From: Puccinia triticina
Lineage: Eukaryota
Direction of reading: 5' to 3'
NCBI GenBank assembly: GCA_026914245.1
Contig: CP110439.1
Location: forward strand, 3,906,001-3,970,000
Length of the DNA stretch: 64,000 nt
In this document: positions 62,921 to 64,000 of the stretch, piece after piece
How positions within the stretch are numbered: the first letter of the stretch is position 1
Layout: each line of letters opens with the position of its first letter
Notes under the pieces: model-generated
What the model was told of the DNA's origin: nothing
Database searches by the model: none
Seen by the model: the letters and a program-made list of their open reading frames with translations, nothing else
Translations under genes and position numbers: made by a program

Positions 62921-63099
62921 TTTTGTCACATTGAGTGCTTTGATCCTGACACCTGTCATGTGAGCCCTAGATGTGCTGGTGGAGAGGAACAGCATTGGAG
63001 CAGTGTTGGAGCTGAAAATCAAGCTGCATCATGTCACTTGCCATCAAGTGACTAATTTTTTTTCCTGGTGGTATATTGTAGGAATACAGACCAAAACAA

Positions 63100-63271
63100 C
63101 CCAGACCACCCAGACCCGCAGCAAAATCTTGTGTGGTTAAATCCAGCCCACCCAGACCCGCGGCAAAAGCTTGCGCGGTTAAATCCAGCCCACCCAGACC
63201 CGCGGCAAAAGCTTGTGCGGTTAAATCCAGAACCCAAGCCCGCGGCAAAAGCTTGCGCGGTTAAATCCAGC
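63100..63271. repeat. ~42-bp tandem repeat, ~4 copies, possibly within an LTR starting at 63077
   Basis: GCGGTTAAATCCAGCCCACCCAGACCCGCGGCAAAAGCTTGY units. Confidence 0.85.
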
Positions 63272-64000
63272 TGTGAAGAAAGGCAAGCACTTTCCACAGT
63301 CCAGACCCTCAGACCCAGACTTAAACCAAAGACCCCAGCTGACAAGTGTAACTCTTGCTTGGTAGCAGAAGCAAGACCCAATAAGGTCAACGCGCAAGGT
63401 TTAGGAAAAACAAGAAACAAAAGACCAGAGTATGTGCTAGAGGCAAGAAGATCTGAACTGACAGATAAACTGATCTGTTCATGTTCCATCACAGAAACCT
63501 TGCTGCACAACTCAGTCCCAAAATATCCTTGGACTTGCTCCTAGACAGAATTACAGAGAGCAAACCCAGCAATCAGGTTTCTCTTCAGCCGTACTGCCAG
63601 GACAAAAATAAGCTGATACAATAATGCTTGTCTGGCATTGGTAAGCCTAAAGAGGATAGAAAAGCAAATTAAGATCAAGAGGAAAAACTGATTGAGAGCT
63701 TGTTGTGTTATAGATATTCTCAAATATCAATCACTCACATCCTTTCTCACACTTCACATCATCCATAAGCCCGGAAGCAGAATCTTTACTCCCAGTTGTA
63801 GCAGTCTTGGACTGCTCTCAGGTAGAGATTTGGATAGCTTTACAATTGTAGCTTGTTATCAATTGTGGTTACAAGAATCTAACTGGAAAGATAACTCTCA
63901 CTTGTTCCATTTATTTTATATATGAATCTAGTTGCATAATCTATTGATTGTAACATACATCATACATGCTATGCAAACTGATCACAAAAACTGATCCAGA

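Noticed and set aside
63077..63873. Solo LTR TGTAGG...GTTACA
   Set aside because: No matching TSD; the end may lie outside the window.

Overview
Eukaryotic, TE-rich fungal DNA. Short GT-AG introns, CpG-depleted transposon relics and the element types point to a rust-like basidiomycete (Pucciniomycotina); this is inference. Three apparently intact host genes sit among nested mobile DNA: an LpqC/PHB-depolymerase-like esterase (18899-20155), a RING/TRAF-type zinc-finger protein (27176-29588) and an F-box-like/LRR-like protein (57379-58862). The mobile DNA includes an intron-containing Tc1 DD34E transposon, a stack of Helitron relics with a full-length Copia element inside, a 2.7-kb foldback element holding a PIF/Harbinger MITE, a DIRS/Ngaro-like retroelement with no visible recombinase, CACTA-type ends, solo LTRs, MITEs and a GATA-factor pseudogene. 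The most striking structure is a 10.9-kb non-coding near-palindrome (42282-53191). It has CACTG...CAGTG ends, a 3-bp CTC target-site duplication, ~2-kb inverted arms, and a ~6.6-kb core of hairpin-forming 20/21-bp satellite that reverses orientation near 48.8-49.0 kb. All coordinates were read by eye and no database searches were run.
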